Source of the DNA: Cyanophora paradoxa CCMP329 | Lineage: Eukaryota; Plantae; Glaucophyta | Assembly: GCA_004431415.1 (NCBI GenBank) | Contig: QPMI01000416.1 | Span: 558,001-622,000, forward strand | Direction of reading: 5' to 3' | Length of the DNA stretch: 64,000 nucleotides | In this document: piece after piece, positions 45,101 through 56,853 of the stretch | Layout: every line of letters starts with the position of its first letter | How positions within the stretch are numbered: the stretch's first letter is position 1 | The notes under the pieces: generated by a model | Database searches by the model: none | What the model was told of the DNA's origin: nothing | What the model saw: the letters and a program-made list of their open reading frames with translations, nothing else | Position numbers and translations under genes: made by a program

Positions 45101-47220
45101 GTCCCGCGCCGACGCCGGCAAGTGAACCCGCCCGTCTTCCCCGTGCGCGCACATCCTGCCGCGCCCCGACCCGCCTCGCCGCTCGCTCGGAACGGGGGGT
45201 ACGATCGCGAAGGGCGGCAGGCGAGGGCACCGCTGGGCGAGGTTGCAGGCGTCGCCGAAGACGTCGAATGCGAGGCGGCAGCCGATCACGCCCGACACCA
45301 GCGGGCCCCTGCGCGCCCCACCGCGCCAGCGGGGCGTGAGGACGAGCGCGGAGCGGGGCGAGGCGATCCGGCGGGCGCACGAGAAGAGGCCGGCGCGGGC
45401 GCAGGAGAAGCCGGCGCGGCCGGCAGACTCAACGGCGTCCAGGGCGAACGCAGCGGCCCGCGCGGCGTGGCGCCCCTCCGCCGTACCCCCCTCCTCCGCC
45501 TCCGAAGCGGCGCCCGATACGCTCCCCGCCGCCCCCGCCTCCGCCTCTGCCTCCGCCTCGACTCCATCATCGAAGCCTACTCCGACGACGCCCTGCGCCC
45601 GGCGCCGCCCCGCCGCGGGTCAACGCCGGGCGGGCGGGAACGCAGGCGGACGGGAGCGCGGGCGGGCGGGCGGGCGGGCGGGGCGGGCGGGGCGGGGCGG
45701 GGCGGGCGGGGCGGGCGTGCCATGAAAGTGAGGCCGATGGACTTGATCTTGAGGACGCCGTGCGCGGCGGCGGCGGCCTCCAGCACCCCGGCGAGGCGCC
45801 CCGCCGCCGCGAGGGCCTCGCGCGGGGCGAGGGCCGCCGCGGCCGCCTCGGCCGCCACGAAGACAACGGCCGCGTCGCCCTGCACGCGGTTGACGCGGGA
45901 CCAGTCCCCAGCGCGGATCGCCTCGATCACCTGCGCGCGCGCGCGTCGATCAACAGACGCCGTCGCGGGCGCGGGCGCTGCGCACGGGGTCCGGGAGTAG
46001 GTTGCGGAGGAGGCCGGAGGAGCGCTGGTGCCGTTCGACCGCCTCGCGCCGCCCTCGCTCCGCCGCCCGCGACAGCGCGAAGCGATGGCGCACGTCCATC
46101 TCGTACGCCAGGCCTGAGGCCAGGACGGGCGGGTCGGGCGGGGCGGGGCGGGGCGGGGCGGGCCGAGGGCGGGCGGGGGCGGACCGGCGACGAGGAGGAG
46201 GAGGGAGAGGGCGGCGACGAAGGTCTGGACCGAGGCCGCGGCCAGCAGGTCCAGGCGGCGGCCGGCCCGCAGCGCGCCGACGACGTCGGACGCGGCGCTC
46301 AGCGCGAGCAGCGGAGGCAGCAGCGGCGCCGCGACGCGCATCGGCACGTGGAGGTAGAGCAGCACGGCGAGCAGCAGGTAGCAGATGATGAAGTCGTCTG
46401 CGTCGGCGTCGGAGGCGGATCGGAGGGCGCGCGCGCGGGGGCCGGGGACGGGGTCGGAGGGCCGCGCGCGCACAGACGACCTCGCTGTCGCTGATGAATA
46501 GGGCGCGACGCGCGAAGAACATGCCGAAGTGCACGCCGATCGCCTGCGCATGCGCCGCGCCGGGCGCCGCGTAAGCGAGGGCGCCGTGCTCGCGGAGGGA
46601 GGGGGCGGCGGGCCGGCCGCGGGGGACGCACGGAGAGAACAGCGGCGTAGAAGGGGACGGGCCGCGCGCGGCGGGAGGCCGGCGCGCAGGCGAAGAGGAG
46701 GAAGCCGAGCGTGGTGGCGAGCGTGAAGAGGCGGATGGCGAGGTTCGTGGCGTCAGGGCTCGTCGCCGACCAGTACGCTGCGCGCGCGCGCGCGGAGGCG
46801 AGGGAGGATCGGTCTCTGATCATGAGCAGCTCCACGCCCGAGGACGGGGCGGGGCCGCTGCCGTGCACGCGGCGCACCGGAAGCGACGCTCGCCACGAGC
46901 ATGGCGATCTGGAAGCGAGGGCGCGCGTCGCGGAAGTACTGCTCCAAGAAGGCGGCCTCCTCCTCCGCGTCCGCGAACCGCAGCGCTAGCCGAGCGCGCG
47001 AGCGCCATGGCCATCGCTTGAGCTTGCGGCTCGCGCTTTCAGGAGTCGCGCGGCTCATGGGCTGATCCGGCTGCAGATCTATGACCTCGCTGGCCTGCTC
47101 GCTCTCTGCCCAGCCGCGCGCGCCTTCGAAGCGGAAGGGCGGAATGCCAGGCGAGCCCGGATCCACATGTACAGCTGGGAGTGTCGAAGTCGGCGCCGAG
47201 GGGACGACACGCATGCGCAT
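42151..47220 (-). CDS. Membrane class III nucleotide cyclase (TM cluster, cyclase, TM cluster, cyclase), predicted adenylyl specificity
   Basis: LLRNLLP. Domain 1: KIKSIGLTFM, GPLVSGVIG, FDVFGDACNLAQRM, LKGRG. Domain 2: VLQSDIVGFS, LFAACD, TLRTVG-DAWVG, WELLGPAV. Confidence 0.88.
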
Positions 47221-47494
47221 CCGGTGACAGCAGCTCCGACAAGCGTGCTGCGATAGTCCAGCGGCGCGGGCTCCGCCGCCCGGCGGCCCGCGCGTGCACA
47301 CCAGCCACTTCGCCGCCGACCTCCGATAATTGCTCACAAGCTCAGCAACTTGCACAAGCCCGCGCCCGAGCAGCTCCGCGAAAAACGCTCCGCCTACGCT
47401 CCGCCCGCTGCTGCAGCCTGCAGCTGCAACTCGCCGCTGCACGCCGCAGCAACGCCGGCTGGATCCGGAGGTTGCCTTCACGTATACCCCCTCT

Positions 47495-48790
47495 GAATTT
47501 TCTTGCCGTTGCCAACTGGCCTGCAGGTTTTCCTGCAGGCCTGCAGGATTTCCTGCAGGCCAGTTGGCAACGCCAGGCGTCGCCAGCGCGGGCCGGGGCC
47601 CGGGGTAGGGCGCTTCGGAGAGAACTGGGGACGCCGATCAAGGCGTGCCGGGCGGGCCGCTGGCTTGCACAGCAGCAGGGCCGCAGCATCGGGTGGGCTG
47701 CTAGCTTGCGCAGCAGCAAGCGAAGGCCAGGCCTGCAGGCCTCGTTAGAGCACTGGTGATGACGGTGTGTGCATGCGGCTTCTCGCCACCGGCGAGTACT
47801 AGCTCTCTTGAGCCTACGGTCGAGTGAGCGTTCCTTACGGACCACGTGCAGCGAGGAGCATCGCCAGCGATGCGCATACGCCGTCCCGGCGCGCGCGCGC
47901 GACGCAAACAACACACGACGCCCATGGCCATGGCCAGCTGTCGAGGCGCTCATTATCAGGGCGCGCTCTGTGTTGCTCGCAAGCGCCCGACCTCGTTCCG
48001 CAGCGCTCGCGGCTCCGCGCCGTGGCCGCGCGCGCGCGCGCGCCGGGAGGACGTGAGTCGCTCGTGTGATTGCAGGTTCAGTCGCCGTGCACGATCGGCA
48101 ACAAGCGGGCGCGTTTGTGCACGTTGCGCCTCGCCGCGGGATGCATACTCTCGTGCGTGGGCTGGGACGCCGACATCGACGGCGACGCCGCGCGCAGCGG
48201 CACTGCCTCAACGGGGGCGCGGGGCGCTGGACGCCGTGGGGGCGCAGCGACGCGCTTCTGCAGCGGGTGCGCTTGGCCCCGGGTGCTCCGCCGGCCTCTT
48301 CGAGGCTTGCCCCCCCGGTCCGCGCTGACGCGGCGCTCCCCGCAGGCGGAGAGGAGGCCGACCGGGCAAAAGGCGGGGCCGCGGAGGGCGAAGCCGGCGC
48401 GCTCCGGCGCCTGGCGCCCCCGGGGCCCGGCCCGCCCCGCGCCTCACGGGGCTGCGCGGGCATCGCAGGCGGCGGCCGGGCGCCTGCGGGCGATGCCGCC
48501 GAGTCGAGGCGGCAGCGCGGACGAGGCGGCCGATGCGACCCGGCCGCTCCGCTCGGCTCGGCTCGGCAGCGGAGGCCTGCGGCCGCGACGCTACGACGGA
48601 GGCCTGCGGCGCGGCGGCCGCGGGGAGCGCAAGGCGGGAGAAGGCGGGAGAGCGGCCGGTGGCGGCTGCGGCGGTGGGGCGGGCGAGGAGCCGGAAGAGC
48701 GGGTGCTGGTGCAGGGGGGCGAGCGCGGCCCCGGCCTGCCGGCGCCCTCCCTTCCCTTTCCGGCGGCGACGCCGGCCCCGGCGGCGCAGC
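47495..48790. repeat. Modular GC-rich dispersed repeat, copy C (inverted relative to copy B)
   Basis: Reverse complement of about 40430-41418, including the terminal hairpin at 47508-47571. Right boundary approximate. Confidence 0.88.
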
Positions 48791-51008
48791 GTAGCGAAGT
48801 TTTCTTCTCCGAAGTCGCTCGAGGCGCTCGCCGTGGGCGCCCCCGCCGAGCCGTCGTTTTCATCGTTGTGGGCGCTGCGAACCTCTCTAGGCCGGGCTTC
48901 GGGCGGCCCCGGCCTGAGCGCGCGTACTACGGTAGAGCTAGGGAGTGTGCCAGACTAAAGATCAAGGAACGGAACTCATTTTCCCATGGACCCTCTGCCG
49001 TAAACCTTCCGACCCCCTCCCCCGGCCTTCTTTCGTTTTGCTAGGCCTCGTGGTCAGCCCCCTTCAACGGCGAGGTCAACCGTTTGAACGGTGGGGAGCG
49101 TCGGGCGGCCGGGTACGGCGTTATCCGTACAGGGTACGGGGTACCATACCAATCGGGGTACTGGGCCTGAGTCTGGATCTGGTACTGGCGCGGCCTCCTG
49201 GGGGCGGAAGGGTACGCCGGCTGCGGAGCCGGAGGCGGGCGGCGGGGGCGATACGACAGATCTAGAGGGAATGCGGAAGCGGCGGGGCCGCGGCCGGCCG
49301 CGAGGGACAGCGGGAGTGACGGTGGCGCGGGGGAGGCCACCGGCCCGCGGGTCGCCGTGGGCTCGACGGGTCACGGGGCTGACGCCCGCGCCCGGCGAGC
49401 CTGCTCCGTCTCCCAGAGCAGCATTCTGCACGGGAGTCGGACAGGGCGCGGGAGGGGCGCGGGGCGGTTGGGCACCAGGGCTCTCTGGAGCATCGCGCGG
49501 CGAGCGGTCGAGTCTGCGCGCTGGGCCCCGAGCGGGCCGCGGCGCCTCGTCCGAAGGTAACGATCTGGGACGTCATCCTCTTTCAGCGCGCGCGAGGCGC
49601 GAGGCGCGAGGGTCGGCGGCGAGGCGCGCGCACCGAGCATGGCGTGGCGGATCGGGGATGCGGCAGCGGCGGCCGCTGCACGTGTGGCCGACGCGTAGCG
49701 CCCCGCCGCCCCGCCCCGCAGCCGGTGCCGCCGCGCGTCGGATCTCGGGGCGCCGGCGAGCTACCGTAGTACGACGCGCAGCCTGCACCGAGAACCGCCG
49801 AAGCCGCGCCCCGGCTTGAACGAGAACAATTGCAAGCGGGACCGCCGCTCGAGCTCGCTGCAGCGAATCGGAGTAGCGCTGCGTTGCAAACTGAGCTGCC
49901 AAGTGAGAGCTAGTACTTCGGACAGCTGCAGCGGGCTCGGCGTAGAGCAGAAGCTGCACGCTCGTTCATGGCGTTGTCCAGACTAGTACTCCAGACGCAG
50001 GCCGCGAGCTGTCAAGCGGCCGCTTGGGCTAGGACACGACGCCCCGCGACTGGGCGATGGGCACGGCGCCGATCCCCCCCAGCAACGCACGAGCCGCACT
50101 ACCTGTAGCTGCGGCTGCCGGCTTCCCAGCGATGGCGTCTGCGGAGCCGGCTTTGACCATCCAACGAGGCGCGGCCATCTGCGGTTTCCGGGGACTCTTG
50201 CCTGCAAGGGGCAGCTCCCGGGTTTGTCGTGCGGCGTTCTCCGTTGAGCGAGAGACGCGATGCCAGCTCTCGCCTGCGCGGCTCCGGCTGCCTATCTTCC
50301 AGCCTTCAGCGAGCCCTAATACGTCGTTGGAGCCGTCCCGGACGCGAGATCGCTTCTCCATCGAAGGGGGGCTCAACCCTGGCGGGGTACGAATTAGGTA
50401 GAAGATCGGTTAGACCAGCTGCCAGCCTGCCACACGCCTGGCCGGTGCGTACGCTTGCTTCGCATGCTTTGAGGGCCTAGTGGGAGATCTCGCGTGCTTC
50501 GAGGGCATAGTCGGAGATCTCGGCCGACGAGCGCTAGCGCGTCCTCGCCGGCAGCCCGGGGCGGCGGCGGTGCACGGATTCGGATGCGCTTAGAAGCTTT
50601 TTATCCGCTAGATTGCCGTGGTAGGCCCAGCCGAGCCGTGCTTGCAGCGCGTGTTGCCGCAGTGCCGCGCCGCGACCGGTACCCGGGCCCGCGCCGGCGC
50701 CAGCGTTCTAGTCCGCGCCCGGCGACCCGCCGTGGGCTCTCTGGCAGTAGAGAAGCGCCACTAGCTTTTCGCTAGACGTATATGCGGCACTCCCGCTCCC
50801 GGCCCGTTAGGCTGCAGCTGCCGTTAGGCCGCCGCTCTTGCAACCACGACACTCCTTTGCCACTCCCTGCCTCGACACTCCTTTTCTTCAGTACGGCGTG
50901 AAAGCTGTCTCAGATCCTAGATCCTAGGCCGACGCTCTTGCAACGCGCTGACAGGTCTCGCTCGAGCAGCTCGCGAGGCGCAGGATCCTGAACGTTAACG
51001 GCGCGAGC

Positions 51009-53035
51009 ATGGACGTGCGCGCGGCTCCCCCGCACCTCGCATCGCCGCACTAATCGCGCACCGCGCGGATTCGAACCCGAAGGAGGTGGCGGACCAGCTG
51101 GCGGGCATGATCATGAACAAGACGATCCTCCGCCTCACACACGAGTTCGCGGTCGGCCCCGCCCGCTCCGCCTCGTACCCCGGCGCCTCACTCACTCTAC
51201 CCCCCGCGCGAGCGAGCAGGAGCAGGGGGCCGCACGGCTCGACGATCGTGAGTTCGAGGGCCGGCTGGCCGGCAAGGACAGGGAGCTGGCACACAAGGAT
51301 GGCCAGCTGCAGGTCGGCGCCCCCGCCCGGACCCACCCGCGCGCCCCGCCCTCCTCCTGGCTTCACCTCCTCCCGCGCAGGAGGCGCAGCGGACGATTGG
51401 GGCGCTACAACGCCGTCTCGAGGAGGTCGTGCGCACGCAGCAGCCCGACAAGGAGAACAGGCCTCCGCCGGGGGTCCGCCCAGCTCGCCCTGCCCCGCCC
51501 CGCCCTGCCCTGTCTCGCCCCGCCGACACCCGTTGCCGCAGGAGGCGCAGGGGGCGGTCACGCCATCGCGGGCTTGGAGCCTCGCGGCGGCCTCGCCGCT
51601 CCAGGCGCGGGGGGTGGGGTCGGGACCCGCCATGCCGCGCCGTCCGCAAGCCATGGCAGACGACGACCGGGCGGTGGGCCCTTTACAGATTCACGCTCCT
51701 TCGCGCTCGCCCGACGGTCCCTCGCAGACGAAGGGCCGCGAAAGCCCGACGGAGGCGGTGGCCCGGACCGAAGAGGAGTCGACCGAGAACGTTCGGATGA
51801 AGCGCGAGCTCGCCCGCTGCAGGGACGCCCGCAAGCAAACTCGGCAGGCGCTCGCTATAGAAGACTCCAAGGTGCAGATCTTCGAACTTGAAGTCTTTGC
51901 CTCCGTCTTGGCTCGACTGACGATCGCGAGCGAGCAGCTCGCCTCGTTCTGCTGTGGCCTTATCTGCGCCCTGCTTCTCATCGTGCCCGTCATGTCTTGT
52001 TTCGCCTATCTGGCGCCCTCGGTGCGGCCTCCGGATCCTACGACCCCGCTTCTGGCCATGGACGCCTCTGCTGATTTGCGTCGCTCGGAAGCGCGGGGCG
52101 GGGGTCGGAGGTCCCGCGTACAACGTGCACACGGCGCCCGCGGTCCGGCTCCCCTACATGTACGAGGCCGTCCGCCCCGCGGTGCGCATGCGCCGCACGC
52201 GCTCCGGATCCAGGCCCGGCCGCCCGCGGCCGCGGCCGATGCGCTCTGTTCCCGCAGTGCTCCACCTGCCCCTCCGAAGTGGCGGACGGCCGCACGGAGG
52301 CGGCGGGCAGCGCGGCGGCACGGGCCGAGACCGAGGCCGCAGCCGAGGCGGAGGCCGAGGCGGAGGCGGCGGGCAGCGCGGCGGCAGAGGTCGAGGCGGC
52401 GGCCAAGGCGGAGGCGGCGGCAGAGGCGGCGGCCGAGGCGGAGGCAGCGGCAGAGGCGGCGGCCGAGGCGGAGGCGGCGGCGGAGGCGGCGGCCGAGGCG
52501 GAGGCGGCGGCAGAGGCGCGGCTCAAGGCCAAGGCCGCAGCCAAGGCAGAGGCGGAGACGGAGGCAGCCGCTGCTGCGGAGGCGGCGGCGGCGGCGGAGG
52601 CGGCGGAGGCGGTTGCCGCTGCGGAGGAGGCGGCGCGGAAGGCGGCGGCGGCGGCGGCCGTGCAGCTTCAGGCGGCGGCCGCCGCCGCCCGCGCAACGGC
52701 GGCGCGTGCGAGGGCGGCCGAGGCTCTCCCCCGCGCCGAGCTGGAGCAGGCCGGCTCAGCGGAGAATGCGAGGAAGTCGACCAACTCGCGATCGACGTCG
52801 AAGAGCGCCGTGGTCCGCCTGATCGAACACAATTCTTGCTAATCTTGAACGGCCAATCCTGAATGGGCCTTCCTGAACGCAGCAGGGCGTGAGGACGACA
52901 GCTGGATTCACATCTGTTCTCTTCGTGGGTCTCCTTGCTCTCAGCGGCCAACCGGCGTTGGCCTTGGGCATGATAGTGATCCCCACGACGGTGTTCTTTG
53001 GGGCTATTCAGTTCGTCCCATATCCCGCCCCGTAG
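51009..53035 (+). CDS. Hypothetical coiled-coil membrane protein with an EAAA-rich repeat
   Basis: Spliced exons EVADQLAGMIMNK..., EAQRTIGALQRRLEE, hydrophobic FCCGLICALLLIVPVMSCFAYL, (EAEAAAEAAA)n and a C-terminal hydrophobic exon ending VPYPAP*. Confidence 0.5.
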
Positions 53036-53677
53036 CTATCATGCATTGTATAGGCTTCCGCTAGGTTTCATCGGCTATAGCTACCTGGACTCAATTGCAA
53101 TTGCAAGTTAGTCGATGTCGTCCTGAACAGACCGGAACAGGGACACTGCAGTTGCACTAGCTATATTTAAAGCTTATAATTAGTAGTACTGAATCCCGGA
53201 CCTGTCGGAGGAAATTGAAGGAAAGTTTTAGCGCTCGGCCGGCCGCGGGCCGCTCGACGGCGAGCCCTTCGAATTCGCGAAGGGCGGGAGCCCCGCTGAC
53301 GCCCACGTGCGCGCTTCCCGAGGGGCCCTGGGGGGACCCCCCCGCGACCCGCGATTTCGACAGTGCTGGCGATGCTTCGGTGCATATAAGACTGATCCCG
53401 GATGCTGGCGCTCCCGCCGCCGAGAGCCTCGGAGACTGGCGGGATCGAGCGAACAAGGAGCCCTAGCATTCAGAGTAGGCTGCATATGCGCCGGCGCCGA
53501 GGCACCTCCGGCACTGCCGAGATCACGACGTCAGGGGGGTACGCGGCGCCGCCGCCTCTGAGGGGCGCTCCAGCCAATTTCGAAGGCGTTCGAGGACGCG
53601 CGTTGTGGCGCAGGGACATCTCGATTGGGCCCAAGACTCTGCAGGCGCGGGGGGGGGCTGGCACCGCCGCGCTGGTG

Positions 53678-56465
53678 CACGCCGCTTCGTGCTGCGGGGC
53701 TGACCGATGGAGGGGACGGGGGGGATGGGGGATGCCATGGTAGAGCGGGTTGGGCAGGGCAGGGCGGGGCGGGGGAAAGCGGGGCCGGCGGGGCGGGGGA
53801 AAGCAGGATCGGAGGAAGGGAGGGGGCGGAGCGGGGAAGCGGGCCGGGCCGGGCCGGTTCTGAGAAGAGCCTTGGCGGGAGGGGCCCGGGGGGCGGGGCG
53901 GGTCTGGGGGAGGGGGAAGAGAGAGGGGGCCGGGGCGGGTCTGGCCATGGGGGAGGGGCCGGAGGAAGCCCCGAGGAAGAGGGGGCGGGAGGCCCCGCCC
54001 CGGGCGAGCGCAGAGGCAGCGGCCGCCGCGGGTCGCCGTCGCCGTCCGACGGATGCCGCGGCGATCGCGGCGCGCCCCTCTGATCTGAGGCTCTGAGGCT
54101 CAGGCACCGACACGGCGGAAGGCGGGCGTGGGGGGCGCACCGAAGAGGCTCCCCACTGAGTCCCCAGTGCCGCGGGCGCCGGAGACCGGTGCTGGAAGCG
54201 CCGGTGCGGACGCCGAGACCGCTCAGGGCGTGTGAGAGGCACGGGTCGGCGGGCGGCCGCCGCTGAGGCGGGCGGGATCAGCGCTCGAAGCCCAGCCTCG
54301 GAGGGCAGAGGCGGCGCCGGCGCCGGCAGGCGCACAGCACGAATCGGTCTCCGCCTCGAGGGGCCGGCGCCGGCATCGGCCTTGGCGCCCGCTGCCGGGC
54401 TGCGCGGAGGCGGGAGGTCAGCGCACGCCGGGCGCACGCGGCGCCGCGCCCCGCGAACAAACCCGGAGGAGCGGGAGTGCTGCCCCGCCGCGGCGCCTCA
54501 ACGACGGAAGGCGCCCCGGCGACGGAGGGCCGCCTCTCTGCTACGGCTCCGCCGGACGCGGCGGCTCGCGGGCGGCCGCGGGCCCCGAGAAGGGCGCGCG
54601 CTGCGGCCGGCGTTCAGCGCGTCGGGCCACCGGCCGCCGGCCGCCTCTCCACCGCGACTCCGATCCCCGCCGCAGCGACCCTCGCCGTCTGCCGCCGCCG
54701 CCTTGCTTGCCCGAAGACTCCGGTGGCGACCACACCGCGGGCAGCTGCGAGCCAGAGCCACGGACGCTGTGCAGAGCTCCAAGCGGTGGGGCGCGTGTGG
54801 CCCCCGCCGAGTCCGCTCGCTCGCTGTTCGGAAGAGCCCCGCCGCCGCGCGCCGGGCGGCTGCAGAAGGGGGTGCATGCGCGGCTGCAGCTGACGCTCGC
54901 CTGACGGCCCTGCCCGCCGCGCAAGCGACCATCGATGCTCTTTGCCGGATGCTTGCCTGCGTGAAGACCGCTGCCGCCCGTGAGCCGCCCGCCCCACGCG
55001 TACGCCTACGCCTAATGCATCCTGCACAACGTCACAGGCTGCAGGGCTGCAGGCACGGGAAGCGAGATGGGCGTGTTAGCTGCCAGGTAGCGCACACGTA
55101 ACTGGGCACCGCGACGAAGCGCGCCGGTGTCTCGAAGTCCCGAAGCGTAGGCCGCGCGCGAGCGGGATCTGCGCGGCTGAAGCCTGCAAGCTTTTCATGA
55201 TCAGAGGCTCGTGGGAAGCCGGTCGCAACAGCCGCGTCGAGCGCTGAGTCTGCGCCACTACACGTCACTCGAGAACTCCAGCATCGAGCACAAGCTTTCC
55301 GCACCGCGGGAAGCTCGCCTCCCGAGCCTACTGGTACCAAATCGAACGCATCTTGCAGGCGCAGATCTAGACAGCTGCAGGCAAGATCGAGAAGGCACGC
55401 TGCGACGCACGGGTGTACCCCCCCTGCCAGAGGCAAATTTCCTCTGATCCAGAGGAAATTTTCCTCTGGGCCCGGGCACTGTACCCCCCTCCAGAGGCAA
55501 ATTTCCTCTGGCGGCGCGCCGGCCCACAGGAAAATCTCCTCTGGGCGATCCGGCATGCACGCTCTCGTAGTACACGCAGTACTAGCTCGATTGCGACGCT
55601 CGCGGCCTTCGGGGAGTGCAGCTGGAGCTTCGCAGACGGTCGCGTTTGGCCGCGTGAACGAACGTGAGCGGCCTGCAGCTTCACAGCAGTCGCTCGATCA
55701 ATCCGCGTGGCGACCTCGCGTTCGCGGGGCGCGCCGCGGCCGCGGCCGGCCCGGCCGCGCGCGGGACCGGCCGTCTGCGGGGCCGCGGAGTGCAGCGGGA
55801 ATCCAGTTCGGCTCCTTCGGCCTTCGCCAAGCTTTTAGCTAAGGCGGGGAGCGCCTTGCGATCGGTGCGGCACGCAACGTCCGCTTTTCCTCTTGCAGGG
55901 CATCTGCACGTGCACCGATCTGGCGCTTACACGAGTGCCCGCAGAACGAGACGCTGCGGGCGGGCACGAGGCGCTGCCGCCAATTGATGCTCCTGATCAG
56001 CTGAGAAAGAAACGCCTGCATGTGAGCGCTTCTCTCGATCTGGGGTGCGAAAAGCCAAGCCGCGCGCCTCCGAACTCTGACTCACTGACTTGGCCATGGG
56101 CGCAGCTCGAACGCGCGCGCTCGCGTCGCAACAGCAGAAGCGGCGCAGCGGGCCCGCGGCCCGCAGCTCCTCGGGCGCCCGGGCCCGTGCATTACGGCTC
56201 GCACCTGAGGCCACGGCCAGGAGCTCGAGCTCGCCTATCGAGAGAGATCCGGTGCGGCCGCCTGCCCCGCACACGTACGTTCCCCGCCCGAGCGTCCCGC
56301 CGATGCCGCCCGCGCAGTCGCCGGGCCGCGCTGTAAGACGCGCTTCGCCGCATGCCTCCCCCTCGAGCTCCACGTACGGATTCCGGCCTGCAGCACTTCG
56401 AGAGTCGTCCGCAGGCGCGCGGGGCCTCAGGTGCAGCACGGCGCCTTGAAGCTTGCTTCTCGTTC
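53678..56465 (+). repeat. Modular GC-rich repeat, copy D
   Basis: Direct repeat of 56854-59688. Confidence 0.9.
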
Positions 56466-56853
56466 CGAAGATTTGAGAGACGCGCGCGCCCGCACGCTCC
56501 GCTACGGTGCGCCCGCTGGAGCCCGCGGCTGCTCCTGATCAGCTGCAGGGGCCAGCGGCGGCCGGGAGCTCGAGGGCGGCCGGGCGGCGCATGCGCAGTG
56601 CCGCTGCACGCGCAGTCCAGCGGACATGTTCCTCGTTGTATACGGTCAGAAGCACCTAGCTCGCCCATCGATATCCGATTGCTGAATTCGAATCGATGTT
56701 AATTCATACAAAAGGCTACGGTGGCCGCCCAGGCTATAGATCTAGAGACTCTAGCTACCGTGGTTCCATGCCCACCTTTCATTTGCTGCGAGGGATCTGC
56801 AACTGGGCGACGTTGGCCGCAGGGCCCGTCGGGTGCCGAGCCAGCGCAGCACG

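Noticed and set aside
48800-50400. Possible minus-strand gene remnants (QYQIQTQAQYPDWYG, GPWENEFRSLIF)
   Set aside because: I could not build a consistent exon chain or recognise a family.
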